From the NCBI GenBank assembly GCA_000165425.1, contig CT868030.1:310001-374000 (forward strand): a stretch of DNA of 64,000 nucleotides, in the 5' to 3' direction. The stretch comes from Paramecium tetraurelia (taxonomy: Eukaryota). This document shows, in pieces, positions 13,206-27,669 of the stretch. A model generated the notes under the pieces. It ran no database searches and was not told the origin of the DNA. It was given only the letters and a program-made list of their open reading frames with translations. Position 1 is the stretch's first letter. Every line of letters starts with the position of its first letter. The translations under genes were made by a program, and so were the position numbers.

Positions 13206-15987
13206 TCAAAACAAATTCTTAAGCATTTATTTATCATATACCTTTGTTTTACTTATATTTGCTATTTTCTCAAAATTTGCCTCTTGGGTTAAAAAATTTT
13301 AAGGTGTAACTTATGATTAGATGAAGCTGATAGCTTGATTTCGATCTTACTAAGGTTATTAGATGCTGTATTTTCTATCACGAGATAATCCTTTATAATC
13401 TATGGTGGATCTTCCTGCTAAAGAAGTTATTCTCCTTCTATTTTTGGTAGACAATGATTCTTAGACTTATGGTGTTTTCTATTGTGGTGACTGCATTTAT
13501 CGTTTTGAATATGGATTTTTTAGAACTATCACTATAGGTTTGCTTGATTAAGTGGTAAATTAGTTTTAAAAAATGGAATTTCTAAATAATTTAATAAAAT
13601 ACTTGTTAGAAACTCTTACATGATACACTTACATTTTACCTAAAATTTGTTAAAGAGAAATGTCAGTTTATTGAAATGAATTCTAATATCCTTCCTATAG
13701 CGGAACATCTTGATGCTGAATTGTTTCTTAATTGTTTCGAAATCCAGGGATCTCAAAATTAGGTTTTCTAATTGATCTAACTTATTCTGCGATTTTTTCC
13801 AACACTTTCTCATCTAACATCAGATTTTAATAATGTTAAATATCAGTCTAAGATGCTTTATCAAATTTGTTTAGCTTTTTCTTTGCCTGTAAAACTAATT
13901 TTTGTTTTTTTTTTTATTCATTAAATGAAAGGAGTTCTTATTCCTGAAGAACATCCTCCTCTGGATTGGAATCACTTCCTGAATCATCTTCACCTATCTA
14001 CAGTTTGCTTAAATCACAATATTTAATAAGATTATCTAATTCATCATTTAATTATTGATTTAAGGACCTTGGCAATTTACTAGATTTTACCATTGAAGAT
14101 TCGAATAATTTAAATATTGATAATCCAACATCTTCACCTAATTATTTATAATAACTTTCAGTAAAATCCTGAGGACCCGATTTACGAAATGCATGAAAAG
14201 AGATTTCCAAAGTGTAAGTGAAACCATTTTTGACTTCTTGTAATAATGCTACTCTTGCAGTCTTTTTTTTGCTTTCATGAATACTAAAAGAGCAATCTCG
14301 CAAATTCATCATTTTTGAGAGGTTACTACTTATCAAAGGTAACAATTTTTATTCATCACAAAGGCTGTTAGCATAGTAAAAACTATTTAATCTAAACAAA
14401 TTTATAGGTAGATTACTTTTTAGAATGCCCATGAAAATCAATAATTAAGCTTAAATCTGCTTGTTGATTAATTTATCTGATCAATTCTCTTACATACCAT
14501 ATAGAATCATGCAATTCTTTATGAGGACTAATCCATATTCTATTGAGATCAGTCCCATAAAGGTTGCATCTATAATTTCCAAAAACAACACCATCAGGAT
14601 TTATCATAGGAATTATATAAAAAGTAAAATTATTCCTCAAGATTTCTGATTCCATGCAATTGCTGATCAAAAATTCTATTACTCCTTCAATAGTAAATGA
14701 ACTAGGGGTTTCTCCTGGGTGTTGTCTAGCCAAAAAGATAATTGCCTTCTTACCATTTCCTATAATAATTAAGGGACATGATAATTTTGATATCGTCTTA
14801 CAAAGCTCTTTTACAACTGCAAACTAAAATATTTATTATTATTTACCTTGTTTGTTCTAATAGATTCTATAAAGTTATTCAATTAGGAATGAGTATAAGG
14901 ATAGCATTAAGCGAAATAAACTTTATCGTTTGAGTGTTCAAATTTATAACTAAATGAAAGAGTGTAATAAGTATTAAGAGAGCTATTTTCTCTCTTAAAT
15001 TTATTCCTAAAGTAAATTATATTGTATCCAGCTTTCACCCATCCAGTTCCTTTTGATCGATTGTTTTTTGTAGAAAAAACTACAGGTCTTTACCCCATAT
15101 TGAATAATGAATCGCATTTTATCTACAAGGCTTGATAAAAATTTATATGTTACAAAGTTTATGATATTAAAAGTAACCACACTGTTTTTCACAGTGTTTT
15201 AAACTGAAAAATAAAACCATTAGGTGTTTCCTTTAGTATTTGTGTCATTTTACATCATCAAATCGTATTCATTTAAACTAACTCTGTATGACGTAAATAA
15301 GTTCCCACTTTCAAAATTTGAATCAAATTTGAGACCATTATATTTCTTACTATCTTATTCAAGATATAATTATTTTTATTCTTTTTATTTCATTGTAGAG
15401 GGATACAGGTTGTTATTTAATATAGATGTAAATTCCGATAATCTTATTTCTCTATTTAAAGCAAGTAGTTTTTTGCAATCAAAGAAGCAAGATGCAGCAA
15501 ATCGATGATTATTTAGGGGAATCATAGACCACGGATAATTGTCAAAGCGCTGATAAATCAAATTTACTTTATTATGGCTAAAGTAATCCCACATGTTAAA
15601 TGCTGAATCATTTTCATCATAAACATCTTTCTTCTTTATCTATCCACTTATTCATTTACATTTATACATCTTTTATTTATTGTCAGGATCAGCAGCTTAA
15701 ACTAAAGGATTTGGAGCTGGAAGTAAACCATAAAATTGCATAAGAATATTAATAATAATCTATTTATATTATAAGGCCAACTAGATAGCTATTGGGAGTG
15801 AAAAAACATATGTATGGAGGTCCTCATTTTAAAACCATCTGGTTTTACCAAATTTTTGCATCAATTAGTAAAATAAGTAAAACTTAAAATACTTGTGTAA
15901 TCGAATTAATTGAGATACGGTCAGATTGATTTAAGATATTCTACATATGAATGAGGTATAAATAATCTTTTCATTTTTAACCTCCAT
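13206..15987 (-). CDS. cytosolic carboxypeptidase (CCP/AGBL/Nna1, M14D), likely tubulin deglutamylase; start approximate
   Basis: FDSNFESGNL, GNTQWFYF, CYPYSY, ARQHPGETPSS, PMINPDGVVFGNYRC..DLNR, DFHGHSKK, YTLEISF. Confidence 0.93.
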
Positions 15988-16120
15988 ATTTAACATCTAA
16001 GAGAACTATACAAAATTAATCAAGAATATTTTGTCAAATAGATAGCAAACATTTAATATAAATAAGAGCTTCAATAATTTTGTCGATATTTTGATATTAC
16101 AATAATAGATATAAGTACAT

Positions 16121-17544
16121 TCAATAATTTCTATTTTATGGTTAATCTCTTTTAACACACCCCAAAGCTACCAAAATTTTATGCATAAATGATTCGCTTT
16201 CGATTGATTAGGAAGTCTATGATCTAATTTATTTTCTTTGCAATTCAGAGCTTCTACTAAATCTCTAAAAATTCATTTCAATTGATGTATCATTCTAGGT
16301 TTCGTTAGTCGTTACATGATTCCTAATTACTGAGGATTGGGAAGATGCAGTTGATTTATTGATGAATTAAGGTTGTGAATGGATTGAATAGGCATTATAT
16401 GTTTTATTTCGACCATGTTTCATTTAATTTGAATGATTCTATGAATAAAGTTTAAACCATTTATGATTTAAGATTAATGATAAGCTGAGCCTATCTTGCT
16501 AGTTATATGTTATTAGACTCTTTATTAAATCTTTAGCTTCTTTTGTTAATGAACCATCTATTTAATAATGAACTTTGACTATATTCTAACACTTCTCAAT
16601 ATCATTCTTACCATCAAAGGGAGCATGTCCATGTAATAATTCATATAACAAAACACCTAAACACCAAATGTCAAGAGTGTAATCATGAGGCTTATCTTCT
16701 ATCATTTCTGGAGCCATATAATCTATTGTTCCGCAAAAAGTATTTCTTTTAACTGATCCTAGATTTTCAGCTGACCAACCAAAATCGCATATTTTAACAT
16801 TATCTTAGATGTCCAACAAAATATTTTCAGGCTTTATAATAATGAAAATTATAATACTTTTAAATCTCTATGAATTATGTCTTATTGATGTAAGTATTAT
16901 ATTCCTTAACAGGTTTGCTTGAAAAATTTCATAGCTTCATCTTCGCTAAGTCTTCCTCTCCTTCTCAAGTATTAAAACAAAGAACCATGTTCAGCATATT
17001 CTAATATCAAATAAACACGATCTTTATCCTCAAAATAATGATAAAGTTAAGTGATATTGGGGTGATACAATTTGCGTTGAATTCTTATCTCTCTCTTTAA
17101 ATTTTCTATAGAGCAATACTCAAATATATCTTTCTTGTTAATCTTTTAGTTTTTATTGAAATATGTACAATCTTCATTGCGTACAATTATTGATTAGTTT
17201 TGTCTTTTACTAATTTAACTGCTCCAAAACTTCCCTTTCCTAGTTATGGATAATCATAAATTAACTCAAATTCTTCTGATGTTCTCTTCATTTGTCTTAA
17301 AGTTGAAACCTTATCACTATTAGATATCTCTTGAGAATTTATCATTTTCTCTGGTATGCATTATTATTTATGTCCCGAAGTCCTAAACATTTTATTTTTA
17401 TTGATACCAGTCTATATCTCTGCATCGCTGAGAACAATAATAAGTCGTTTTACAAAATGGACAATAAATCCTGTTCTTAGGGATAGGAACCATCTGACCA
17501 ATACTTAAGTTATATTGGCAATATCGTGAACTGCAAACGTTCAT
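16121..17544 (-). CDS. Aurora-like Ser/Thr kinase with N-terminal MYND-type zinc finger
   Basis: LGKGSFGAV, LKREIRIQRKLYHPNI, HRDLKPENILL, DFGWSA, TFCGTIDYMAPEM; N-terminal CSSRYC..CPFCKTTYYCSQRCRDIDWTSGHKNNC. Confidence 0.92.
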
Positions 17545-17710
17545 TTATTTTTAATATATATATAATCAATGATAATATTTCATTTTTATAATGTTAATTT
17601 AAGACTCATAAGTTAAAAGCCTTAGAACCTATTCAATTTGTTGAAGAAAATATGATTTCGTTAGAAATATATAAAATAATTCATCAGTCATTTATTTATA
17701 TATTTAATTA

Positions 17711-20491
17711 TCAATAGTTTTATGAAATTTATAAAATTTTACTCACCTCGCCTAAATCGAATGGTAAACTGATATATTGATCTATTCCATGTTTATAAAA
17801 TTCAATTTTTGAGTGGTATTCGACTAATCCTGTAGTACCTATAATATGGGCTTTTTAATTAATTTTCTCTTTAATTTATTTACTCAACCACAATCCTCCT
17901 TTTTTTGGCAAATCAACATTTATAAAAAATATAACAAAGCTAGAATTTCCACATTTGCACTACTTTTTAGTTTCTATCATCTTTATTACTTCATCTGTGC
18001 TAAAAGCCCTAGATGATAGTATTTTAAACTTTGCTAAAATCATTTCTAAAATCTAGATATTTTAGAATTCATAATCTGCTATTAGTACTCTAGAACAACA
18101 CTTTCCTGTAGTAGAAAATTTTATAATTTCTCCTTACATTTTTACAGGTCTTGAAACAGGTATTTGTATTTATGAAGGTAAATCAACACCAAAATCAATT
18201 TATAAGTTCGAAGAAGTTGCTTATTTCAATTCACTTTATTATTATTAACTTATGAATGTTTATTCTCTTCCATCAATATTTAATGTATTCCCATAAGGTC
18301 CACTATTATTATTGAAACTATTATTTATAGTGGCATCAGGAAAATAAGGCAATTAATATTTGGATTAAGAAGGGGTCGTTTAATAATTTAATCTTTAAAG
18401 ATGCTTAGTCTCTTCATCTTAATGAAAAATGTATGATGTTTAATCTGGTTTATGTTTTGATATTTGAGAATAGTAATTACTATGATATTCTGAATATTTT
18501 TAACTAAATTACTTAGAAATTCTTGATTACGAAAAGTGAAGAGAATGATCCATTGATATTTTATTCGATTCTTCTCTAAATAAGGTATAAGTCTTATCAT
18601 TCTATTTTAAGGTATCTTACATGGCTAAGATTTAGCTAAGAGATGTTTCTTGATAGTGAGTCCCTCCTATCAATTTGATTGCTTTCATTTCTTCATTATT
18701 TAAATTAAATGATTAAATTATAAAGGTTATTACTGTCCCTTGTGGTTCTACCAATGAGATATCTATTCCTTTCCTTGCAGTTCCAGATAAATATTGAGCT
18801 AATATATGACAAATATTGAATTCTGAAAAAGAAAGTGTTGGCTTTTTTAGATTTAGTTTGATCAAACGCATTTCCTTCTCATCTATGTTAATAGGAGTGT
18901 AAATAACAACTTAATAATTTTTGGAAGCAAAAGTTTTCCAAGAAATGGTAATATTTTCATCTTTAGTTTGTATGATAAAATATCTGAGGAGGGGTAACAT
19001 CAGTTGTTTTAACTAAATATCTAATAAATTTACAATACTCTTTCTGCGTCCGATTCGATGGTTTCGATACATTCTTAATCTATTTTAATCTCAATTCCCT
19101 TTGCTCTGGCTGAATCCTACACCATGATAATCAGATCTTCACAAATGGTACTTATTTCTAGGGTAGATACTTTTAATAAAAATCTCTTCTAATTATGTAA
19201 ATTGTAATCCCTCATATTTGCCAATTATAAATAAACAATAACACTTGCCACTCTTATTGGATAAAGATATTTCTCCAATACTAAATCATTTACTATAGTA
19301 TCTGATTCTGCCAACACAGATATAGTCATAATTGAGTTAAGACTAGGTGTGATGTAGGAACTAAACAAATTAAAGGCTTGATAAGAAGTTTAATACTATA
19401 TCTCTCTTTACTCAGTTTAAACAAAAGCGAAGATTTTTTTATTTTTTTATACCAAAAATATTTTGATAATCCTATCTTGCATCCATTATGCATCCACTTT
19501 ATTTATTATAAATAGGTTGTTCTTATATAATTCATAGTCCCCTAAGAGTTTAAAAATTAAATCTTTTATTAAAAATTTTGATTGATTGATAGTACCACTG
19601 CTTGCCACAATATCTTAAAAATCTCTGTTACCTTAGATTATACCAAGATTTAAGATTGCAGAAACACTTTCGTTATCGACGGAGTTACTTAATGAGTTTT
19701 TGGAAATATCAGCAACATTAAAAGTTTGAATGATTACATTTTCTTATTCATCCAAGACTATGAACTATTATCCCTTAATCCAAGCACTTAAAATATTTTG
19801 AAATAAATTATTACTACTCTTCAAATAGTATTGTATCCATAGATCTTGACAATTCTTTTAAAGGAGAAAATCCACCATATACAATACTTTTCGAATTTGA
19901 TCCATTGAAATCACAAGATTTTTAAAGTTCCAATTCTTTCTATGGAAGTGCTGAAATACAAATGCCAAAATCTTTGTTAAATGTAACCTTAGGATTCTCA
20001 GGTGAATTTTAAATTGTTTTTGTAGATCTAAAAGTGTAAATAATTGAAATGCAAGTAAAAGCAATTGCAATGTTCTTTAAATTGTCTTAAAAGTTTTAAA
20101 CGAAAAATACATTTCCAATTAAAAATAATTATGGAAGTTTAGATAACAATTTGTTTTGTGATTAATCCTAATAGTGAGAATAGATAAATAGAAGGTTTAA
20201 AAAGACTAAAAATATCTCTTCTTAACAAAAATAACTTAGTGTTATTTGTACAGATATTCGAAAGCCACCTAAAATTGTAAGGATAATGGTAGTCTTCTTT
20301 GTGCTTTTTAAATAAAACAAAACTCTGGTAGTTATTATCATAGTTGCCAAATCTATAATTTTGATAGTTAATGATTCCCATTTATGAAATGCTATTATTA
20401 TTTTGAATCTTGGTTTACCTTGATGTTGTAAAAGCATAACACAGATTTCATAATAAATCAATAATATTAATGAGAAGATTTCTTCAGTCAT
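17711..20491 (-). CDS. membrane hybrid histidine-kinase-like protein (TM-HisKA-HATPase-receiver), catalytically degenerate
   Basis: Hydrophobic N-terminus; FSSYITPSLNSI (H-box-like); IESDAER-LKQLML; C-terminal receiver RVLIADYE..IFFINVDLPKKGG..IIGTTG..GIDQYISLPF. Confidence 0.78.
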
Positions 20492-20577
20492 AAAATAAAC
20501 TGCTCTGAAATATTATTTGATTTTATTTGTTATATATATATTTATATACTTAGAAGTATTAACTTTAAATATAATTT

Positions 20578-22317
<1,740 letters not shown>

Positions 22318-22455
22318 TTGAGTGTTTACAATTATATAATTTAAATGGAATTGGAAGGACAAGTTTTGAATTCATTAATAACATCTCATTTTAGTATGGT
22401 CATTATTGACGATTACTTTATTTTATTTCGCATTAAATTTATTATCTAATAATTT

Positions 22456-23355
22456 ATGAAAAAAACATTTACTTTTGCTGATTTAAGTACTTCTATTTAA
22501 TCAGGAAACAGTAATCGTTAAATTTAACAAACAGGTTCTAGCACTTAAATAAGGTCTGTTAGTCTTCGAAAAGCCATTTCCAGAATCAAATAGGAAAATA
22601 GAGTTGCAATTATGGGAATCAGTTCAATAAGCAATGCATAAGTATTAATATCATTTTATGCCCAGGTTCCTAAAAACTAGTCATACTTTCAAATCAAGTT
22701 AGAATAAAAGCATAATCGAATTTCCAATCCCTCTCAAGAGCCCCATACTAATATAAATTAAATTGATCATAAGAAAGAAACCATAAGAAGAATCAATTAA
22801 CTCCAACAATACTGTAAAAGTCAAACTGCACTTGAAATAGCTGCTTAGAAATACTCATTAAAGAAGACATTTAAAGGAGCTTCTGATTTATCAACTGTTC
22901 CTACTTTGATTGATAAATTAAACAGAGATATTATAAATAAGAAATCTAATGTCATACAGGATGTGATGAAGGAGGAACTAAAAAGAAGAATACCAAAAAA
23001 GTAAAAGGAAATCAATTATGAACTGGATTCTATGTTCAAAAATTATAAATCATTCTCTTAACTATGTTTGAATCAAAATACTAGCATCCAAAAAGACAAG
23101 ATCTATAATGGATATTTGAAAGTATATAATTCTGGAAAGAATGATAGAATATTTTTAAATTAAATTGAGGAAAGAAAGAAAAGTCTTAGTGATGAGTCAG
23201 AAGAGTATCGAGCATTTCTTGGAGAAATTGACGAAGCAACTATCCAAAGGGATGTATATAATAATAATATTCGAAATCCTTTTCTGGATGATAAAGTAAC
23301 TGTTATGTAAATGAAGAAGGATGGATTTTTGAAAAGAAGAATAACATAATCCTGA
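22456..23355 (+). CDS. hypothetical basic low-complexity protein
   Basis: Code-6 ORF MKKTFTFADLSTSIQSG..KRRITQS-TGA. Confidence 0.65.
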
Positions 23356-23484
23356 TTATATTGATTATAATGATAATATTTATAATATTTGCTATTTATT
23401 TTATAAATAAACGTCAATTATATCAATAAGTATCTTTCAGTTGTTCTAATGATTAATTTTATCATTCATGAAAGTACTTTTAAT

Positions 23485-24560
23485 ATGTCATCAACCAATA
23501 CTACTGGAGCAGAAACGAACGTTACAAGGGTCCTAAAATATTTAAACAATAGTAACAGACTTCAATAGTTAAGGGAAATATATTAAAGATATTCTATACT
23601 AATAGAATGTATTAAATGATACTATGCAATATCCAGATATGGCCAATATCAAGTATCGGTTGCAAATATTCTTCCAATTAATAATGAACTAGCCTATAAT
23701 TAATTAATGGAAGATCAATTTCATGTAAGTATTGGAGCATCAGACATTTCAATAAAACCAAAACTGATAAACACAAAAGGAGATGGATGACTTTTATTCT
23801 CCTCCCATTGATTATTTGATCCGGTTTATGAAAATTGGCTACTTTAATCATTTCCATTAATGCCATTCCCATTCCTTCTTAGTTAAGTGAATGCAAACAA
23901 ATGGATGACCATAAACATATATATTCCAAATAGAAGTAGACTAATACTAACAATTTGGCTTAAACTAATATATGTTCCAATTACATTATATCTAATAAAT
24001 ACAAATTCAGTGATAAAGGGTTCACAATGTTTCTTTTGTGCCTTTTCCATCCTTTGAGAATCAGGTGAATTGAAGGATAAGGCTCTTGTAGATACCCCTT
24101 CAGTAACGAAAATGGCCCTTCATTTTTGAGATGTCTTCAATCATTCCTTATTTATCTCTATGACATCTTTGAAATCTTATTTTGACTTAAATATACCGTA
24201 TGATGAATCCATAAGAACTTTGCCATATGGGGATCAAAGATCTTTCAAATACCTAATTGTTTGTATATAATATAATTCTATTACTCTTTCTTCATCTCAA
24301 TCCTGACATATTCAAGGTAAAATAAAATTTAGAAGATAAACCATTGTTCTAATAAAAGGAGGAATGGATGCTCTTCTTTGTGGTCTTCAAATTTTGAAAT
24401 CATAAAGATAAATCACAACAGCAGAACTTATTATAAAATATGTTTATATATATTCATATTTACTGAAGATTTTAAAAATTTAATTACTTGTTGGATAAAA
24501 AAGGCTGATATTAATTGTTAATGACATCTTACTCTAATATTTTTTAATGTAAATAAGGCG
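23485..24560 (+). pseudogene. probable degraded coding sequence
   Basis: Protein-like fragments (MSSTNTTGAETNVTRVLKYL, LFDPVYENWLLQSFPLMPF, GGMDALLCGLQIL) broken by repeated TGAs and frame changes that tiny introns do not fix. Confidence 0.35.
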
Positions 24561-24616
24561 AGGTTAATTATTATTATTAGGTTTCCATCATATTTAATTA
24601 TTACTAAATATCATAA

Positions 24617-26279
24617 TCACTATACCTATTTTTTAAATTAATTTTAAGTATTTGCTTATTTTTACTAATTTTAAGTCTCTGGTTCTTCATTTAAAAACCC
24701 AGGTTAATTAATCCTAAGGAACTGTTGTTTCATTTATAAATTTCTCTATTGTTTCCGAAAATTATTGCCTGAATGAACAGTATTTTTATTAGCGTTATTA
24801 ACATCCACTTTTAGATTTCTACTTACTTCTTGAATAATTGATTTTATAATTACTTGCTCCTGTCCAATAGTCCTACATTAAAGCTGCAAATTCTATAAAT
24901 CGAGTATATTCTCCAGAATCGGACAATGGATATATTTTAACGAAATCTCCTAGATTGTTATCTTCATACTCATCCCTAAATTTTTAGAATTTTTAAATTA
25001 ATGCTTATCTTTCTCCAGGAGTAATCTTCTATTATTTCTTAGTTAAAACTCTTTATTTTAATTATTCTTTTCTTGATATAATGATTTATTCTTTTGCTTT
25101 TAGATTTACATTCATCAATATTAAGGTGTCCCTAATGAGATTCTTTTTTATTAGTAAATCCAAAGGTGTGTCAGTAGTAAAACTTGGAGTGTGATTAACT
25201 TCCAATAAATAAGGCTAGAACTTTTGATTTACAAAAATATCAAAACCTAATATTTCAAAGCACATGTTATTAGCATAATTATCTGGTTGGCAGGATTTAT
25301 AGTGATGATTTAAGATAGGTTGAACTGAACAAAAGGTTTTAATAATTAATTTATATATGTCTTACCATAACTTTTAAATGTTATATCCTTCCTCTTCTAA
25401 TTTACCAAAAACTGACTTAATTGATCTTTTATGTCCAACATCCATTTTAGATGCATCATTGTTAAATATAAAATTTGGATTTCCTTTATTTATAGCATAA
25501 TTAGTCAAGTGCATACAAACATCATCAATATTATTAAATGAAGGTGCCACATATGGTTCAGTAGCAAATCTCACCAAACCATCTTGATACACATAAATTC
25601 TCATAGGGTCTGTCCCAGCTAATAGTACATATACTCTTAAATCAAACTTTAATCCTTCTATTAAGAAAGGTTTATCCAAGTATCGTTAAGCTACATAATG
25701 ATCATTTGGATCAATGTCATCAATGTCTTTAGTTAGAAAAATCCCTCTGCCTTGACAACTCGCTTCTGGTTTAATGATAAAGGTTTTGGCTTTTCCTTTT
25801 ACAAACTAATTTCTGAACTCTCCATAATCTGTTGGCAGTAACCATGTTTTTGGAAAAAATTTATACTCATAAGGAAATTGTTTCTTCATTTTCATGAGAT
25901 TCTTTCCCAAATGATTTTTTCTAGAAAGCGAGAACATGCCTGGAAAATGATTTATTTTTTGATGAGCTATAGAAATATAATTATAATTTAAACGTTGCAT
26001 TTTTCCCAAAGTTTCCGATTACACAGAAGCATCTGTCCAAAAGATGTCCCATTAATTTTCATCAATCTCATATTATAATTTCCATTTAAATATTTTTTCG
26101 CCAACCAATTTTACAACATTATATCTAGTATCTCTCAATAAATTTTTAGAATTACCTTAAACGTTCATAATCAAGGTTGGTTTTTTTTTAGACTAATCAT
26201 CACTGTCTTCATCATAGTTTCCTTTGAAATATCCTTAAAAGTTTTGGTCATATTCTTTATATTTTTTTGACGAAAGCAT
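24617..26279 (-). CDS. tubulin-tyrosine ligase-like polyglutamylase (TTLL6/7/13 clade)
   Basis: QKINHFPGM..LSRKNHL, FFPKTWLLP, IIKPEASCQGRGIFL, KFDLRVYVL, GLVRFATEPY, CMHLTNYAINK, CFEILGFDI..PYLLEVNHTPSF. Confidence 0.95.
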
Positions 26280-26304
26280 TAATTATAATTTAAGATTTAA
26301 ATAA

Positions 26305-27633
26305 TCATTTTAAACGATTGATTGCTTCTGATATGGTCTCATCAGTCTTGCAAAATGCCCATCTTACTAAATTTTAGCCTGTCTCTTTATTTTCATAGTA
26401 AGGAGAACAAGGAATACAGACTACTCCAAATTCATTTATTAAATAATGTGCAAATGCAAAATCTCTAGTGACCTTCACATCGTTCTAAGTAAAATATTTA
26501 TTAGGTATTTCAACATTGGATATATCAGTTACAATGAAATATCCACCTGAAGGAACCCAATAATTGAGATTCAATCTACTTTCTACTAATCCTTTTAACA
26601 ATTTTGTAGCTTACTATTCATATAAATGTCGAATAGAATCAAAATAAATACCATCCGCAGTTTAATCTAAACATCTTGCTGTGGCAGTTTGATTCACAGG
26701 ATTCAAACAAAAGATATGATAGGTTTATGCTGCCTTCATTCCTTTAATGATATTTTCATTTCCTATAGCAAATCCCACTCTTAGTCCAGTAGCTGAAAAC
26801 ATCTTGCCAGCACTCATTACACAAATAGATTTGTCTTTTAATTTTGGGTGAGTGATACACCTAGGATATATGAAAGGTTAGTTGTTTCCAAATGTTATAT
26901 GATGATATGCAGCATCTTCACATACAATGATATTCGGGTGTTTCTCTAAGATTTCTGCTAATTTATCATATTCATCTTTGTTAAAATATTCAATTATAAA
27001 TGTAAATATATACTTTCCAATGGGATTCATCGGTGAGTTTAAAATGATCAACTTCGTTTTTTAATTAATTGATTATTCCAATTATACAAAATCTAATTCC
27101 CACTTATCCTCATCAGAATAAATGAATTGGCCATTCTAATATCTTTTTCTTCATCACTTCTTTAGTATTAAAAACTTTTGGCTTTATTGGAACACCAATA
27201 TGTTTTCCCCCTGAGAATTCAATCAAAAGGTCGATACAAATCTATTGTTTTTTTTAAAGAAATACCAAAGGCTGGATCAAATACAATTTACTTCGTCGTT
27301 TGGATTTAGAATACCTTACATCAAACAACAGAGTACTGATTAGGCACCTGAACTCACAACTATCTCCTTGTCTATGTTAATCTTTAATCCCATTCTTTGT
27401 TCTAAGAAGTATGCGGCAGAATTAAGCAATTTAGGATGGCCAGCAGTCTAAGTATATTACAACTATTCAGTCAAGGCTTCCTGAGAAAGAGCTTCTCTCA
27501 AAAATTAAGGTGGAGGGAAATTGGGAAATCCTTGACCTAAGTTGATACATCCTTTCTGATTAGCCAATATTGTAAACCTGGCGTACATCTGAGGTTCAAG
27601 ATAATTAAGCATTCTATTAGAAACATAGTTCAT
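26305..27633 (-). CDS. class I/II PLP aminotransferase (kynurenine aminotransferase / glutamine transaminase K-like); two apparent single-base frameshifts
   Basis: INLGQGFPNFPPP, QYTQTAGHPKL, ILNSPMNPIGK, EDAAYHHI, SAGKMFSATGLRVGF, PSGGYF, ARFAFCK. Confidence 0.9.
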
Positions 27634-27669
27634 AAAATTGTGTAAAATAATTTATGATAACATATAATA

